The position numbers and the translations under genes were made by a program. Below the pieces are notes generated by a model. The model did not search any database. It saw nothing but the letters and a program-made list of their open reading frames with translations, and was not told where the DNA came from. Of a stretch of 64,000 nucleotides of DNA, positions 12,775 to 23,032 are shown piece by piece. Each line of letters begins with the position of its first letter. Position 1 is the stretch's first letter. Source of the DNA: an uncultured Actinomycetota bacterium (GTDB taxonomy: Bacteria; Actinomycetota; Actinomycetes; Frankiales; Frankiaceae); assembly GCA_963747915.1 (NCBI GenBank), contig CAVVHC010000002.1, forward strand, positions 882,846-946,845, read 5' to 3'.

Positions 12775-13330
12775 GTGGGCGTCGTGGATGACCGCGCGCA
12801 GCTGCTGAAACTGATCCGCGAAAAGGCGATCGTCTGGGGCCGGGTGACGCTCGCCTCGGGGCGCGAGGCGGACTACTACGTCGACCTGCGCCGGATCACC
12901 CTGGCTGCGGACGCGGCGCCCCTCGTCGGGCGGGTGATGCTCGAGCTCACGGCCGACCTGCAGTTCGACGCGGTCGGCGGCCTCACGATGGGCGCCGATC
13001 CGGTGGCCACGGCGATGGTGCATGCCGCCGCGGCGCAGGGCCGCGCACTCGACGCCTTCGTGGTCCGCAAGGAGGGCAAGTCCCACGGGTTGCAGCGCCG
13101 GATCGAGGGACCGGACGTCGCCGGCCGTCGCGTGCTCGCGGTGGAGGACACGTCGACCACCGGCGGGTCGGTGATGACGGCGGTCGAAGCGCTGCAGCGA
13201 GGCCGGCGCCGAGGTCGTCGGCGTGGCGGTCATCGCGGACCGCGACACCGGCGCCGCCGAGCGAATCCGCGAGGCGGGCCTGGACTACCGCTTCGGGTAC
13301 GGTCTCGAGGACCTCGGGCTAGCCGGCTAG
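12775..13330 (+). pseudogene. pyrE: orotate phosphoribosyltransferase with one frame break near 13200
   Basis: The N-terminal 142 aa are good, including the PRPP motif VLAVEDTSTTGGS. After LQR the track frame becomes Arg/Gly junk. The +1 frame reads AGAEVVGVAVIADRDTGAAERIREAGLDYRFGYGLEDLGLAG, ending at 13330. Confidence 0.85.
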
Positions 13331-13336
13331 CGGGGC

Positions 13337-14389
13337 CTACGCCGGGTGCGTGCCCGCGAGCTCAACCGTGCCGGGGCCGCTGTCACCGGCTGGCTCCACA
13401 GTGCCGGCGATCCACGCCGGCACGTGACGGCTGACCAGCACGGCGAGCGCGCGGTCGGCGTCCGCGGCGGCCACGACCGCCAGCATGCCGACTCCGACGT
13501 TGAACGTGCGTTCCATCTCCTCGGCCGTTACGTGGCCGCGCTCGGCGATCAGCGTGAATACCGCCGGGACCTGCCAGCTGCCCCGGTCGATGGTCACGCT
13601 CGCCCGCTCCGGCATGACGCGCGCCAGGTTGCCGGCGAGCCCCCCGCCGGTGACGTGCGCGAACGCGTGGACCTCGGTCTCCGCGATCAGCGCGAGGCAG
13701 TCGAGCGCGTAGATGCGGGTCGGCTCGAGCAGCTCCTCGCCTAAGGTGCGGCCGAGCTCCGGCACGTCAGCATCGAGCCGCATCTTGGCCAGCGAGAGCA
13801 GCGCGTGCCGGGCCAGCGAGTAGCCGTTGGAGTGCAGCCCGCTCGATCCCATGGCGATCACGACGTCACCGGGCTGCACCCGGTCCGCGCCGAGCAGCGC
13901 GTCGGCCTCCACGACACCGATCCCGGTGCCGGCGAGGTCGTACTCGTCCGGCTGCATGATGCCTGGATGCTCGGCGATCTCCCCGCCGACGAGCGCACAC
14001 CCGGCCTGGGCGCAGCCGTCAGCAATGCCGCCGACGATGTCGGCCATCCGCTCGGGAACGACCTTGCCGCAGGCCACGTAGTCGTTCATGAACAGCGGCT
14101 CCGCGCCGCAGACGACGAGGTCGTCGACGACCATGCCGACCAGGTCGAGGCCGATCGTGTCGTGCTTGTCGAGCGCCTGCGCGATCATCAGCTTGGTGCC
14201 GACCCCGTCGGTCGACGACGCCAGCACCGGCTTGCGATAGCGGCTGGTGTCGAGTGCGAACAGCCCCGCGAAACCGCCGAGGTCGCCGAGCACCTCTGGT
14301 CGGCGGGCCCGCGAAACCCGCTTCCTGAGCAGCGCCACAGCCCGTTCGCCGGCGTCGATGTCGACGCCGGCGGATCTGTAGTCGGTCAC
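13337..14389 (-). CDS. purM: phosphoribosylformylglycinamidine cyclo-ligase (AIR synthetase)
   Basis: VTDYRSAGVDIDAGERAV... and GFAGLF motifs. GTG at 14389 overlaps the purF stop (GTGA). The longer ORF-track N-terminus is an extension. Confidence 0.93.
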   Translation of the reverse strand: MTDYRSAGVDIDAGERAVALLRKRVSRARRPEVLGDLGGFAGLFALDTSRYRKPVLASSTDGVGTKLMIAQALDKHDTIGLDLVGMVVDDLVVCGAEPLFMNDYVACGKVVPERMADIVGGIADGCAQAGCALVGGEIAEHPGIMQPDEYDLAGTGIGVVEADALLGADRVQPGDVVIAMGSSGLHSNGYSLARHALLSLAKMRLDADVPELGRTLGEELLEPTRIYALDCLALIAETEVHAFAHVTGGGLAGNLARVMPERASVTIDRGSWQVPAVFTLIAERGHVTAEEMERTFNVGVGMLAVVAAADADRALAVLVSRHVPAWIAGTVEPAGDSGPGTVELAGTHPA

Positions 14390-15966
14390 CGAACCAGCGC
14401 GTCGACGCAGTCGCGCTGGGCGTCCGGGGCGTCGATCGCCGGGTCGCCCGACGGCCCTGGACTGCCCACCTCGAGCATCTCCTTGCCGCGCAGGCTCGGC
14501 GCGGGCAGCGGCACCGGATACGTGCCGGTGAAGCACGCCTGGCAGAGCGTCTCCGCCGGCTGCATCGAGGCGGCGACGAGCCCGTCGAGGGACACGTAGG
14601 CCAGCGAGTCGGCGCCGATCGAGCAGCGGATCTCCTCGATGCCGCGCCCGGTGGCGATCAGCTCGTCACGGGTGGCGAAGTCGATGCCGTAGAAGCATGG
14701 CCAGCGCACCGGCGGGGAGCTGATCCGTACATGCACTTCGGCGGCGCCGGATTCGCGCAGCATCTTCACGAGTGCCCGCTGGGTGTTGCCGCGCACGATC
14801 GAGTCGTCGACGACGACCAGCCGCTTGCCCGCGATCACTTCCCGGAGCGGATTGAGCTTCAGCCGGATGCCCAGCTGGCGGATCGTCTGCGAGGGCTGGA
14901 TGAACGTGCGGCCGACGTACGCGTTCTTCACCAGACCGGCACCGTAGGGGATCCCGCTCTGCTCGGCGTAGCCGATCGCGGCGGGGGTGCCGGAGTCGGG
15001 CACCGGAATCACCAAGTCGGCGCTGACCAGCGCTTCGCGGGCGAGCGCACGGCCGACCTCGACCCGGGTGGCGTGCACCGAGCGGCCGGCGATGGTGGTG
15101 TCCGGACGGGCCAGGTAGACGTATTCGAAGAGGCAGCCGCGGGGAGTGGCGGCGGCGAATCGGTGGGAACGCACGCCGTCGTCGTCGATCATCAGCAGCT
15201 CGCCCGGCTCGACCTCGCGCACCAGCTCGGCGCCGACGATGTCGAGGGCCGCCGTCTCGCTGGCCGCGACCCAGCCGGTCGGCGACTCGGCGGGCCCGAG
15301 CCGGCCGAGCACCAGCGGATGGATGCCGTGCGGGTCGCGAGCTGCGTAGAGCGTGGACTCGTCGCAGAAGACCAGGCAGAAGGCGCCGCGCAGCAGCGGG
15401 AGCACGTCGAGCGTCGCCTTTTCCAGCGGCAGCTCCGAGCTGGCCAGCAAGCCGGTGATGAGCTCGGAGTCGGTGGTGGCGGTGAGCACGGCGCCGCGGC
15501 CGCCGAGGGCGGCCAGCCGGTCGGCGACCTCGGCGGTATTGGTCAGGTTGCCGTTGTGACCCAGGGCGATGCCGCCGCGGCCGGAGGAGCGGTAGGACGG
15601 CTGGGCGTTCTCCCAGGTGCACGATCCGGTGGTGGAGTAGCGGGTGTGGCCCACGGCGATGTGGCCGTCCAGGCTGCCGAGCGTGACCTCGTCGAAGACC
15701 TGGGAGACCAGGCCGAGCTCCTTGTACACGACGATGCTGCGGCCGTCGCTCACCGCGATGCCGGCCGCCTCCTGACCACGGTGCTGCAACGCGTACAGGC
15801 CGTAGTAGGCGAGCTTGGCCACCTCGTCATCGCGGGAGAAGACCCCGAAGACGCCGCAGGCGTCCTTCGGGCCCGGATCGTCGTCCACGTCATGCACAGC
15901 TGACGCGGGAGACGGCTCACCGGCTGGGTGGGCGGCGACGTTGGTCGCCGCCGTAAGGCGCCGCAC
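14386..15966 (-). CDS. purF: amidophosphoribosyltransferase
   Basis: CGVFGVFSRD...YALQHRGQEAAGIA Ntn-glutaminase N-terminus after a propeptide, then the PRTase motif LVVVDDSIVRGNT. The exact start is uncertain. Confidence 0.93.
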   Translation of the reverse strand: MRRLTAATNVAAHPAGEPSPASAVHDVDDDPGPKDACGVFGVFSRDDEVAKLAYYGLYALQHRGQEAAGIAVSDGRSIVVYKELGLVSQVFDEVTLGSLDGHIAVGHTRYSTTGSCTWENAQPSYRSSGRGGIALGHNGNLTNTAEVADRLAALGGRGAVLTATTDSELITGLLASSELPLEKATLDVLPLLRGAFCLVFCDESTLYAARDPHGIHPLVLGRLGPAESPTGWVAASETAALDIVGAELVREVEPGELLMIDDDGVRSHRFAAATPRGCLFEYVYLARPDTTIAGRSVHATRVEVGRALAREALVSADLVIPVPDSGTPAAIGYAEQSGIPYGAGLVKNAYVGRTFIQPSQTIRQLGIRLKLNPLREVIAGKRLVVVDDSIVRGNTQRALVKMLRESGAAEVHVRISSPPVRWPCFYGIDFATRDELIATGRGIEEIRCSIGADSLAYVSLDGLVAASMQPAETLCQACFTGTYPVPLPAPSLRGKEMLEVGSPGPSGDPAIDAPDAQRDCVDALVR

Positions 15967-15975
15967 ACGCCGAGT

Positions 15976-16443
15976 CTACGGGCGGCCTCGCCCGGAAAGC
16001 CGCAGATCCACCGGGAGAAACGGGCGCAGATCGGCGCGCTCGCCGCTGGCCCGCACCCGGCCATCGGCAACGGCCGTGTCCCAGTCGATGAACCCGCAGG
16101 CCAGGCCGATGAACGTGGCTGGATCGGTCTCCACGACGTTAGGCGGGGTGCCGCGGGTGTGACGTGGGCCTGCGACGCATTGCACTGCGGCGAATGGCGG
16201 AATGCGCACTTCCACCGAGCGCCCCGGCTGCGCCGCCGCCAGCTGGTCGGCGAGGGTGCGGACAGCCAGCCGAAGTGCGGGCGGCGCGGCGGCGACCCCG
16301 CGCTGCAGGCCCAGGGCCACCAACGCGACCACCCCGTGGGCGCCTTCCGGTTCGTCAGGCGGCGCGAGACCTGCCGCCGAGAGCACCTGCCGCTGGGCCG
16401 CCAGGGCGGCTGCCAGCCGCGCCGGGTCCGGCTGCTTCACCAC
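15976..16443 (-). CDS. conserved actinobacterial protein, sterol-carrier/MDMPI_C-like
   Basis: The C-terminal part of the 15976..17313 ORF reads VEVRIPPFAAVQCVAGPRHTRGTPPNVVETDPATFIGLACGFIDWDTAVADGRVRASGERADL. The first in-frame start after the purL stop is GTG at 16443. The family call is from memory of purL-purF neighbours. Confidence 0.55.
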   Translation of the reverse strand: MVKQPDPARLAAALAAQRQVLSAAGLAPPDEPEGAHGVVALVALGLQRGVAAAPPALRLAVRTLADQLAAAQPGRSVEVRIPPFAAVQCVAGPRHTRGTPPNVVETDPATFIGLACGFIDWDTAVADGRVRASGERADLRPFLPVDLRLSGRGRP

Positions 16444-16502
16444 GGCCTTGGCACCGGCCTTGTCACCGGCCTTGTCACCGCGGCACCGGGCTGGCTCCGG
16501 CC

Positions 16503-18776
16503 TCAGGGGGCAAGCGGGCCGAGCAGTGCGGGCAGCGTGTTCTCGTATGCCTCGCGCAGCTCGGAAAGGCCCAGCGCGAGCACGCCCTGGATCTCGAGGC
16601 GGGCCGCCCGCTGCGCGCTGTCGACGCCGTCGACCACGCCGATGCGCCGGCACGGCAGGCCGCGCGCGTCGCACATGTCGGTGAAACGCAGCTCCTCCGA
16701 GCGCGGAACCGCGACGATCGCGCGGCCGGTGGACTCGCTGAACAGCATGACGAACGGATCCGGGCTTTCCGGCTCCTCCGGCAGCACGATCCGGGCGCCG
16801 AAACCGAACCGCAGGCACATCTCGGCGAGTGTCACGCCGATGCCGCCATCCGAGACGTCGTGCGCCGACGCGATCATGCCGTCGCGCGAGCCGGCGACGA
16901 GCACCTCGTCCAGGAGCGCCTCGCGCTGCAGGTCCACGGCCGGCGGCCGGCCGCCGAGGTGACGGTGCGCGATCCAGGACCACGCCGAGCCGCCGAACTC
17001 GTCGCGGGTGTCGCCGAGCAGCAGGATCACGTCGCCTTCGGCGCTGAAGCCGCTCGGGGTGCGGCGTTCGACGTCGTCGAACAGGCCGAGCACGCCGACC
17101 ACCGGCGTCGGCAGGATCGCCGTCTCGCCGGTGGCGTTGTAGAAGCTCACATTGCCGCCGGTAACGGGCAGCCCGAGGGTCCGGCAGGCGTCGGCAAGAC
17201 CTCTGCAGGTCTCGGCGAAGGTCCACATGACCTCGGGATCTTCCGGTGACCCGAAGTTCAGGCAGTCGGTGACGGCGTACGGCACCGCTCCGCTCGCGGC
17301 GACGTTGCGGCACGCCTCGGCGAGCGCCAGCTGCGCGCCGGCGTAGGGATCGAGCGCGCAGTAGCGGCCGGGGCCGTCCAGCGCCAAGGCAACCCCGCGC
17401 CCTTCGGTCTCATCGAGCCGCAGCACGCCGGCGTCGTCGGGGGTCGCGAGCACGGTGTTGCCGAGCACGTAGCGGTCGTACTGCTCGGTGACCCAGCGGC
17501 GGGAACACAGCTGCGGATCGGCGAGCATCCGCAGCAGCTCCCCTCCGAGCGCGTCAGCGGCCGGCCGCGCCAGCTCGCGGTCGGGCAGCGGCGGCCGGGG
17601 GCGCATCGGGCGGGTGTAGACCGGTCCGTCGTCCGCCAGCGAGCCGGGCGGGACGTCGACGACGACGCTGCCGTGCCAGTGGATCAGCAGCCGGCCGGTG
17701 TCGGTCACGGTCCCGATGACGGTGGCGAGGACGCCCCAGCGGGCGGCCAGGTCGAGCACCTCGGCGAGCCGCTCGGGAGCGACGATCGCGAGCATCCGCT
17801 CCTGTGACTCGCTGACCAGCACCTCCTCGGGCGCCATCGAGGCCTCGCGCAGCGGGACGCGATCGAGGTCGACGTCCATGCCGGTGCCCGCCTTCGCCGC
17901 CGTCTCCGACAGCGCGCAGGTCAGCCCGGCGCCGCCGAGATCCTGCACGCCGACGACGAGACCGCGCTCGTACAGCTCGAGCACGCACTCCGTGACGACC
18001 TTTTCGGTGAACGGGTCACCGACCTGCACCGATGGGCGCCGAGCCGGCGCGCCGGTCTCGTCGAAGGTGGCGCTGGCGAGCACCGACACGCCGCCGATGC
18101 CGTCGCGGCCCGTCTTGGCGCCGAGCAGGACGACGGCGTTGCCGGCGCCGGTGGCGGCACTCGTCTGCAGCCGAGCGGCCGGCAGCACGCCGATGCAGAG
18201 CGCGTTGACCAGCGGGTTGCCCGAGTAGGACGGGTCGAAGCCGACCTCGCCGCCGATGTTGGGCAAGCCCATGCAATTGCCGTAGCCGCCGACCCCGGCG
18301 ACGATGCCCGGCAGCACCCGGCCGGTGTCGTCGGCGTCGGCGTCACCGAAGCGCAGGCTGTCCATCACCGCGATCGGCCGGGCGCCCATCGCGAGGATGT
18401 CGCGGATGATCCCGCCGACGCCGGTGGCCGCGCCCTGGTACGGCTCGACATAGCTCGGGTGGTTGTGCGACTCGACCTTGAAGGTCACCGCGAGCCCGCC
18501 GCCGACGTCGACGACGCCGGCGTTTTCCCCGATACCTGCGAGCAGCCGCTCCTTACCGGGCAGGTCGCCGAACTGCCGCAGGTGGATGCGACTGGATTTG
18601 TACGAGCAGTGCTCGCTCCACATCACCGAGTACATCGCGAGCTCGGGACCGGACGGTTCGCGACCGAGCGTGGCCACGATGCGGGCGTATTCGTCGTCGG
18701 TGAGGCCCAGCTCGCGGTGCAGGCCGGCCGGCGGGTGGGGCAGCTCGGCCGCTACCGGTGACACAGGACGGCTCAC
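16503..18776 (-). CDS. purL: phosphoribosylformylglycinamidine synthase subunit PurL
   Basis: [43 protein letters not shown] at 18776 overlaps the purQ stop (GTGA). The 893-aa track ORF is an N-terminal extension. Confidence 0.95.
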   Translation of the reverse strand: MSRPVSPVAAELPHPPAGLHRELGLTDDEYARIVATLGREPSGPELAMYSVMWSEHCSYKSSRIHLRQFGDLPGKERLLAGIGENAGVVDVGGGLAVTFKVESHNHPSYVEPYQGAATGVGGIIRDILAMGARPIAVMDSLRFGDADADDTGRVLPGIVAGVGGYGNCMGLPNIGGEVGFDPSYSGNPLVNALCIGVLPAARLQTSAATGAGNAVVLLGAKTGRDGIGGVSVLASATFDETGAPARRPSVQVGDPFTEKVVTECVLELYERGLVVGVQDLGGAGLTCALSETAAKAGTGMDVDLDRVPLREASMAPEEVLVSESQERMLAIVAPERLAEVLDLAARWGVLATVIGTVTDTGRLLIHWHGSVVVDVPPGSLADDGPVYTRPMRPRPPLPDRELARPAADALGGELLRMLADPQLCSRRWVTEQYDRYVLGNTVLATPDDAGVLRLDETEGRGVALALDGPGRYCALDPYAGAQLALAEACRNVAASGAVPYAVTDCLNFGSPEDPEVMWTFAETCRGLADACRTLGLPVTGGNVSFYNATGETAILPTPVVGVLGLFDDVERRTPSGFSAEGDVILLLGDTRDEFGGSAWSWIAHRHLGGRPPAVDLQREALLDEVLVAGSRDGMIASAHDVSDGGIGVTLAEMCLRFGFGARIVLPEEPESPDPFVMLFSESTGRAIVAVPRSEELRFTDMCDARGLPCRRIGVVDGVDSAQRAARLEIQGVLALGLSELREAYENTLPALLGPLAP

Positions 18777-19510
18777 GCGGGTGACAGCTCCCTGAGTGCG
18801 GAAACGAACATGCCGAGGCCGTCGTCCCCCGGGCCGGTGAGCGTCTCGATGGCGTGCTCCGGGTGGGGCATCAGGCCGACGATGCGACCGTCCGCCGAGC
18901 AGACGCCGGCGATGTCGGCCAGCGAGCCGTTGGGATTGCCACCCGCCGGGCCCCTCGCATACCGGAAGACGACGCGTCCTTCCGCCTCCAGCTCGGCGAT
19001 GGTCTGCGCGCTTGCGACGTAGCGGCCGTCGCCGTGCTTCACCGGAATGACGATGCTCGTCCCCGGCTGGTAGGCGCGGGTCCAGTAGGTGTCCGGATTG
19101 TCCACGCGCAGCAGCTGGTCGCGGCAGACGAAACGCAGGCCGGCGTTGCGGGTGAGCGCACCGGGAAGCAGGCCGGCCTCGCACAGGACCTGGAAGCCGT
19201 TGCAGATGCCGAGCACCGGCAGCCCGTCGCGGGCGGCGTCGACAAGTGCTGCGACGACGGGTGAGAAGCGGGCGATCGCGCCGGCGCGCAGGTAATCGCC
19301 GTAGGAGAAGCCGCCGGGCAGGATCACGGCGTCGACGCCGTGCAGCAGCGGATCGGCATGCCAGAGCGGCACCGGCTCTCCGCCGGCGAGTTTCACGGCA
19401 CGCAGCGCGTCACGGTCATCGAGCGAACCCGGGAAGGTGACGACGCCGATGCGGCCGAGCGGGGCGCGCGAAGGCTCCTCGGGAACCTCCGGGAGGCGCG
19501 GTGCAGTCAC
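18773..19510 (-). CDS. purQ: phosphoribosylformylglycinamidine synthase glutaminase subunit PurQ
   Basis: [34 protein letters not shown] (catalytic Cys) and MPHPE motifs. Confidence 0.93.
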   Translation of the reverse strand: MTAPRLPEVPEEPSRAPLGRIGVVTFPGSLDDRDALRAVKLAGGEPVPLWHADPLLHGVDAVILPGGFSYGDYLRAGAIARFSPVVAALVDAARDGLPVLGICNGFQVLCEAGLLPGALTRNAGLRFVCRDQLLRVDNPDTYWTRAYQPGTSIVIPVKHGDGRYVASAQTIAELEAEGRVVFRYARGPAGGNPNGSLADIAGVCSADGRIVGLMPHPEHAIETLTGPGDDGLGMFVSALRELSPA

Positions 19511-19781
19511 GTGTCGAGGGTAGTGGACGGGCGCCGCGAACGGCTGCCGCCGGGCGGCTCGGGCGAGCGCCGCACCGCTGGTCCGGGCCGGTGGCGATGC
19601 AGTAACGGGCCTTCGGCTAAACGGCGGCTATTGTCCCGCCAATTCTGGTGATTAACTGGCGAGCCCGGGTCGGTTTCGACGCTCGGACGTTTTCCGGACT
19701 CACTCCGCTGGGTGAATTGTGGCGGCGGCGACGCGCCGATGCCGGGGAGACCCCATCAGTTGGCGGACAGGGAGGCCCGAG

Positions 19782-22310
19782 GTGGCACCAGCCGATGCTC
19801 GGGGCGAGCGCTACTGGCGGGCGGTGCTGGACTCTCTCGGTCACGCGGTGGCCATCACCGATGTCTCGGGCACGCTCGTGTACTGGAACGATGCGGCCGA
19901 GCGCATGTACGGCTGGACGGCCGCCGAGGCGTTGGGCCAGCCGGTGCGGTCGCTGATCGTGCCCCGCCAGCACCACCCTCACGCCGCTGAGGTGAGAGCC
20001 GCGCTGGAAGCCGGGAAATCATGGGGCGGCCGTTTTGAGTTGCAGCGCCGAAATGGAACGATCTTTCCGGTGCTGGTCACCGACACCGGTGTGCATGACG
20101 AATCCGGCGCGCTGCTGGCAATAGTGGGCATCTTCACGGATTTGACCGAGCAGGACGCCGCCGAACGTGAACTGGCGGCGAGCAACGCGCGCTGGCAGGC
20201 GCTGGTCTCCCGCTCCGCCGATCTGGCCATGGTTGCCGACGCCCGGGCCAATCTCACGTTCGTCGGACCCGCGGCGACCCGGATGCTCGGCTGGCGGCCG
20301 GAGGAGGTGCAGGGTCGCAACGGGCTGGACCTGGTGCATCCCGAGGACCGGGCGACCGTCACGGAAGCGCTCGGGGCTGTCCTGGCGGATCCGGACAGCC
20401 ATCCGGTGGTGGAGTTTCGGGCCCTGCACCGCGACGGGTCGTACGTCTGGGTCGAGGAGACGATCAGCAACCTGCTCGACCACCCGGACGTGGCGGGACT
20501 CGTCGGCAACCTGCGCGACATCACCGACCGCCGAGCCGTCGACGACCGGCTGCGCCGATCCGAGGCGCTGTACCGAGCGATCGTCCAGACCTCCCGTGAA
20601 GGCATCCTCGTCGTCGGCCCGGACGAGACGGTGATGTTCGCGAACAGTCAGCTGGCCGGCTTCATGGGCCGCCCGGTCGACTGGATCATCGGCCGGAAGG
20701 CGACGGAGCTGCTGCCGTGGGATCGCGACGTGCCCGCCCGGCTGGAGCGGCGCCGCCAGGGCGTCGGCGAACGCTACGAGTTGGAGTACCGGCAACGGGA
20801 CGGCCAGCCGCGCCACCTCATGGTCTCGGCCAATCCGCTCTACGACGATCAGGGCAGCTATCTGGGGTCGCTGAGCATGTACGCCGACATCACCGAGCGC
20901 AAGCGCGCGGAGGCGGCACTGACCTGGATGGCGATGCGGGATCCGCTCACCGGCCTCGCGAACCGCACGATGCTGATGGAAGAGCTGCACCGGGCGCTGT
21001 CCGATGCTCCGCGGCGGGGCGGGCTGGTCTCGGTCCTGTTCATCGACCTCGACCAGTTCAAATCGGTCAACGACAGCCTCGGTCACGGTGTCGGGGACGA
21101 GCTGCTGCTCATCGCCGCCGAGCGGATCAAGAACGTGGTGCGCTCCGCGGATGTGGTGGCCCGCCTCGGCGGCGACGAGTTCGTCGTTCTCACGCGCGAC
21201 CTCGGAGCCGATCCGGAAGCCACCCGGCTCGCCGAAAGGCTCAGCGACGTCTTCGCCGAACCGGTTCACGTCGCCGGGCTCGAGCTGGTGATCACGGCCA
21301 GCATCGGGGTCGCGATCACCGAACCGGCGGCGCTGACGCGCATCTCGCTGGACGGGGCGGCGGTCAGCGAGATCGCCAACGAGCTGCTCCGGCAGGCGGA
21401 CATCGCGCTCTACCAGGCCAAGGGGCATGGCCGGGCGCGCTGGGAACGCTACGAGCCGGAGACCTCGGACCGCGCGGACCAGCTGCGACTCGTCGGGGAG
21501 CTGCGCCAGGCCCCGGTGAACGGTGAGCTCCGGCTCTACTACCAGCCGATCGTCGACTTGAGCACCGGCGAGACCGTGGCCATGGAGGCGTTGCTGCGCT
21601 GGCAGCACCCGACCCGGGGACTGCTTGTCCCGAAGGAGTTCATCCCGCTCGCGGAGCAGACCGGGCTCATCGGAGAGCTGGACCTGTGGGCTTTGAACGA
21701 AGCGTGCCGCTCGGCATCCGCCTGGCATCGCGCGAGTCCCGACCTGCCTCCGCTGGGTATCGCCGTCAACCTGTCGGCCCGTGAGCTCGGCGATCGCAAC
21801 CTGCCATCGCGCCTGCTCGCGATCCTGCGGGCCACCGAGCTCGATCCGTCGAGCCTGGTGCTCGAGGTGACCGAGACGGCGGTGATGAGCGAACCCGACG
21901 CGGCGTTGGGCATCCTGCATGCGTTGAAGGGGCTCGGCGTGCGCGTCGCCATCGACGACTTCGGCACCGGATACTCGTCGCTCATCTATCTCAAGCGTTT
22001 CCCGGTGGACGAGCTGAAGATCGACCGCTCGTTCGTCGACGGCCTCGGCGCCGATCCGGAGGACAGCGCCATCGTTGCGAGCATCCTGGGCCTGGCCAAG
22101 GCGGTCGGGGTGACGGCCGTGGCGGAAGGCGTCGAAACGGCCGAGCAAGCGCGCATCCTCGCCGAACTCGGCTGTGAACTCGGCCAGGGCTACCTGTGGT
22201 CACCGCCGACATCCGAGGCCGCGCTGGATCAGCCGGATGCGCCTTCGACGACGCTCCGCAGCTTCTCGGCGGGTGCGCCGGGGCGCCACTGGAGCCGCTT
22301 TTCCAAGTAG
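19782..22310 (+). CDS. PAS/PAC-GGDEF-EAL signalling protein (c-di-GMP turnover)
   Basis: Three PAS-like modules, GGDEF (RLGGDEFVVL) and EAL (EALLRWQHP, DDFGTGYSSL, QGYLWS). GTG at 19782 has GGGAGG upstream. An alternative start is at 19719. The whole gene is one intact frame. Confidence 0.85.
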   Translation: MAPADARGERYWRAVLDSLGHAVAITDVSGTLVYWNDAAERMYGWTAAEALGQPVRSLIVPRQHHPHAAEVRAALEAGKSWGGRFELQRRNGTIFPVLVTDTGVHDESGALLAIVGIFTDLTEQDAAERELAASNARWQALVSRSADLAMVADARANLTFVGPAATRMLGWRPEEVQGRNGLDLVHPEDRATVTEALGAVLADPDSHPVVEFRALHRDGSYVWVEETISNLLDHPDVAGLVGNLRDITDRRAVDDRLRRSEALYRAIVQTSREGILVVGPDETVMFANSQLAGFMGRPVDWIIGRKATELLPWDRDVPARLERRRQGVGERYELEYRQRDGQPRHLMVSANPLYDDQGSYLGSLSMYADITERKRAEAALTWMAMRDPLTGLANRTMLMEELHRALSDAPRRGGLVSVLFIDLDQFKSVNDSLGHGVGDELLLIAAERIKNVVRSADVVARLGGDEFVVLTRDLGADPEATRLAERLSDVFAEPVHVAGLELVITASIGVAITEPAALTRISLDGAAVSEIANELLRQADIALYQAKGHGRARWERYEPETSDRADQLRLVGELRQAPVNGELRLYYQPIVDLSTGETVAMEALLRWQHPTRGLLVPKEFIPLAEQTGLIGELDLWALNEACRSASAWHRASPDLPPLGIAVNLSARELGDRNLPSRLLAILRATELDPSSLVLEVTETAVMSEPDAALGILHALKGLGVRVAIDDFGTGYSSLIYLKRFPVDELKIDRSFVDGLGADPEDSAIVASILGLAKAVGVTAVAEGVETAEQARILAELGCELGQGYLWSPPTSEAALDQPDAPSTTLRSFSAGAPGRHWSRFSK

Positions 22311-22678
22311 ACCCGGCTGCCGTCGTCGTCGCGCGTCTCGAAGCGGACGCCGTCCATCAGCGCGCGCATCAGAGCCACGCCGCGCCCGCTTTCCTGCCCG
22401 TCCGCCGCAGCCTGCAGCGCTTCTGGATCGAAGCCCTTGCCCTCGTCGATGATCTCGAGGAACGCACTCTGGTCGTCGAAGCCGGCCCGCACCTCGTACG
22501 CGTCACCCGCCTGCGCATGCCGCAAGACGTTGGCGCACGCCTCGGAGAGCGCGATCTCGACGTCGGAGATGGTGTCGTCCGCGACGCCGGCGACCGCGAG
22601 CGCCTGCGCGACCAGGCGGCGCGTCAGGGGGACGGACGCCTCATCACGCGGGAGCGACAGGCGGAAGGAAGCTTGCAC
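22229..22678 (-). CDS. RsbW/SpoIIAB-like anti-sigma factor kinase (HATPase_c)
   Basis: LSEACANVLRHA and IIDEGKGFDP...GRGVALMRALMD motifs. It starts 10 nt after the purS stop on the same strand. Its 3' tail overlaps the GGDEF-EAL tail by 82 nt. Confidence 0.75.
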   Translation of the reverse strand: MQASFRLSLPRDEASVPLTRRLVAQALAVAGVADDTISDVEIALSEACANVLRHAQAGDAYEVRAGFDDQSAFLEIIDEGKGFDPEALQAAADGQESGRGVALMRALMDGVRFETRDDDGSRVYLEKRLQWRPGAPAEKLRSVVEGASG

Positions 22679-22688
22679 GGGGGCGTTA

Positions 22689-22922
22689 CTACCCCGGGTA
22701 GTGGACCGTGTAGTCCTCGATCACCGGGTTGGACAGCAAGCTGTCGGCGATCCGGGAGATCTGCTCCGGATCCGGCTTCCCATCGATCTCGAGCTCGAAG
22801 CGCTTGCCTTGACGCACCGAGCGGACTCCGGTGAGTCCGAGCCGCGGCAGCGCAGCGAGTACCGCGCCTCCTTGCGGGTCGAGAATCTCCGGTTTGAGCA
22901 TGACCTCAACGACGACCTTCAC
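22689..22922 (-). CDS. purS: phosphoribosylformylglycinamidine synthase subunit PurS
   Basis: MKVVVEVMLKPEILDPQGGAVLAALPRLGLTGVRSVRQGKRFELEIDG..., 77 aa, a typical PurS. Confidence 0.9.
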   Translation of the reverse strand: MKVVVEVMLKPEILDPQGGAVLAALPRLGLTGVRSVRQGKRFELEIDGKPDPEQISRIADSLLSNPVIEDYTVHYPG

Positions 22923-23032
22923 CCTGTCTCCACCGCCTGCACCAGCCGATCGTAGGCTGCCGCAGGCGGCCTACGGCGGCTCGGCCGGCGCCGACCGGGC
23001 GGTTTCGGGGTGTTTTCGGGCGAGTAAGCGCC

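Noticed and set aside
16444-16479. Three tandem 12-nt units (GGCCTTGGCACC GGCCTTGTCACC GGCCTTGTCACC) between purL and the SCP-like gene, considered as a mini-CRISPR or a coding GDKA repeat.
   Set aside because: There are only three units with no spacers, so it is not a CRISPR array. No in-frame start codon lies upstream of them after the purL stop, so they are most simply a short intergenic tandem repeat carrying the SD (AAGG) of the downstream gene.
16503-19184. Very long N-terminal extensions in the ORF track: purL at 893 aa, purB at 542 aa, fbaA at 405 aa, the disulfide reductase at 759 aa, the TetR at 464 aa and purM at 399 aa.
   Set aside because: In each case a start codon with a plausible SD, or a GTGA/ATGA overlap with the upstream stop, sits exactly where the conserved protein family begins. 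The extension overlaps the neighbouring gene or a riboswitch.
22229-22310. The 82-nt convergent overlap of the GGDEF-EAL and RsbW-like ORFs as evidence that one of them is mis-called.
   Set aside because: Both domains end before the overlap (QGYLWSPP and VYLEKRL). Only unstructured tails overlap. In DNA this GC-rich, stops are rare, so tail read-through is expected. The overlap is noted but not treated as an error.
19511-23032. A purine-responsive or ZTP-type riboswitch upstream of purQ (19511-19781) or purS (22923-23032).
   Set aside because: I could not find the conserved ZTP/pfl or purine-riboswitch core blocks by eye. Only generic GC-rich hairpins are present. A covariance-model search would be needed to exclude them formally.
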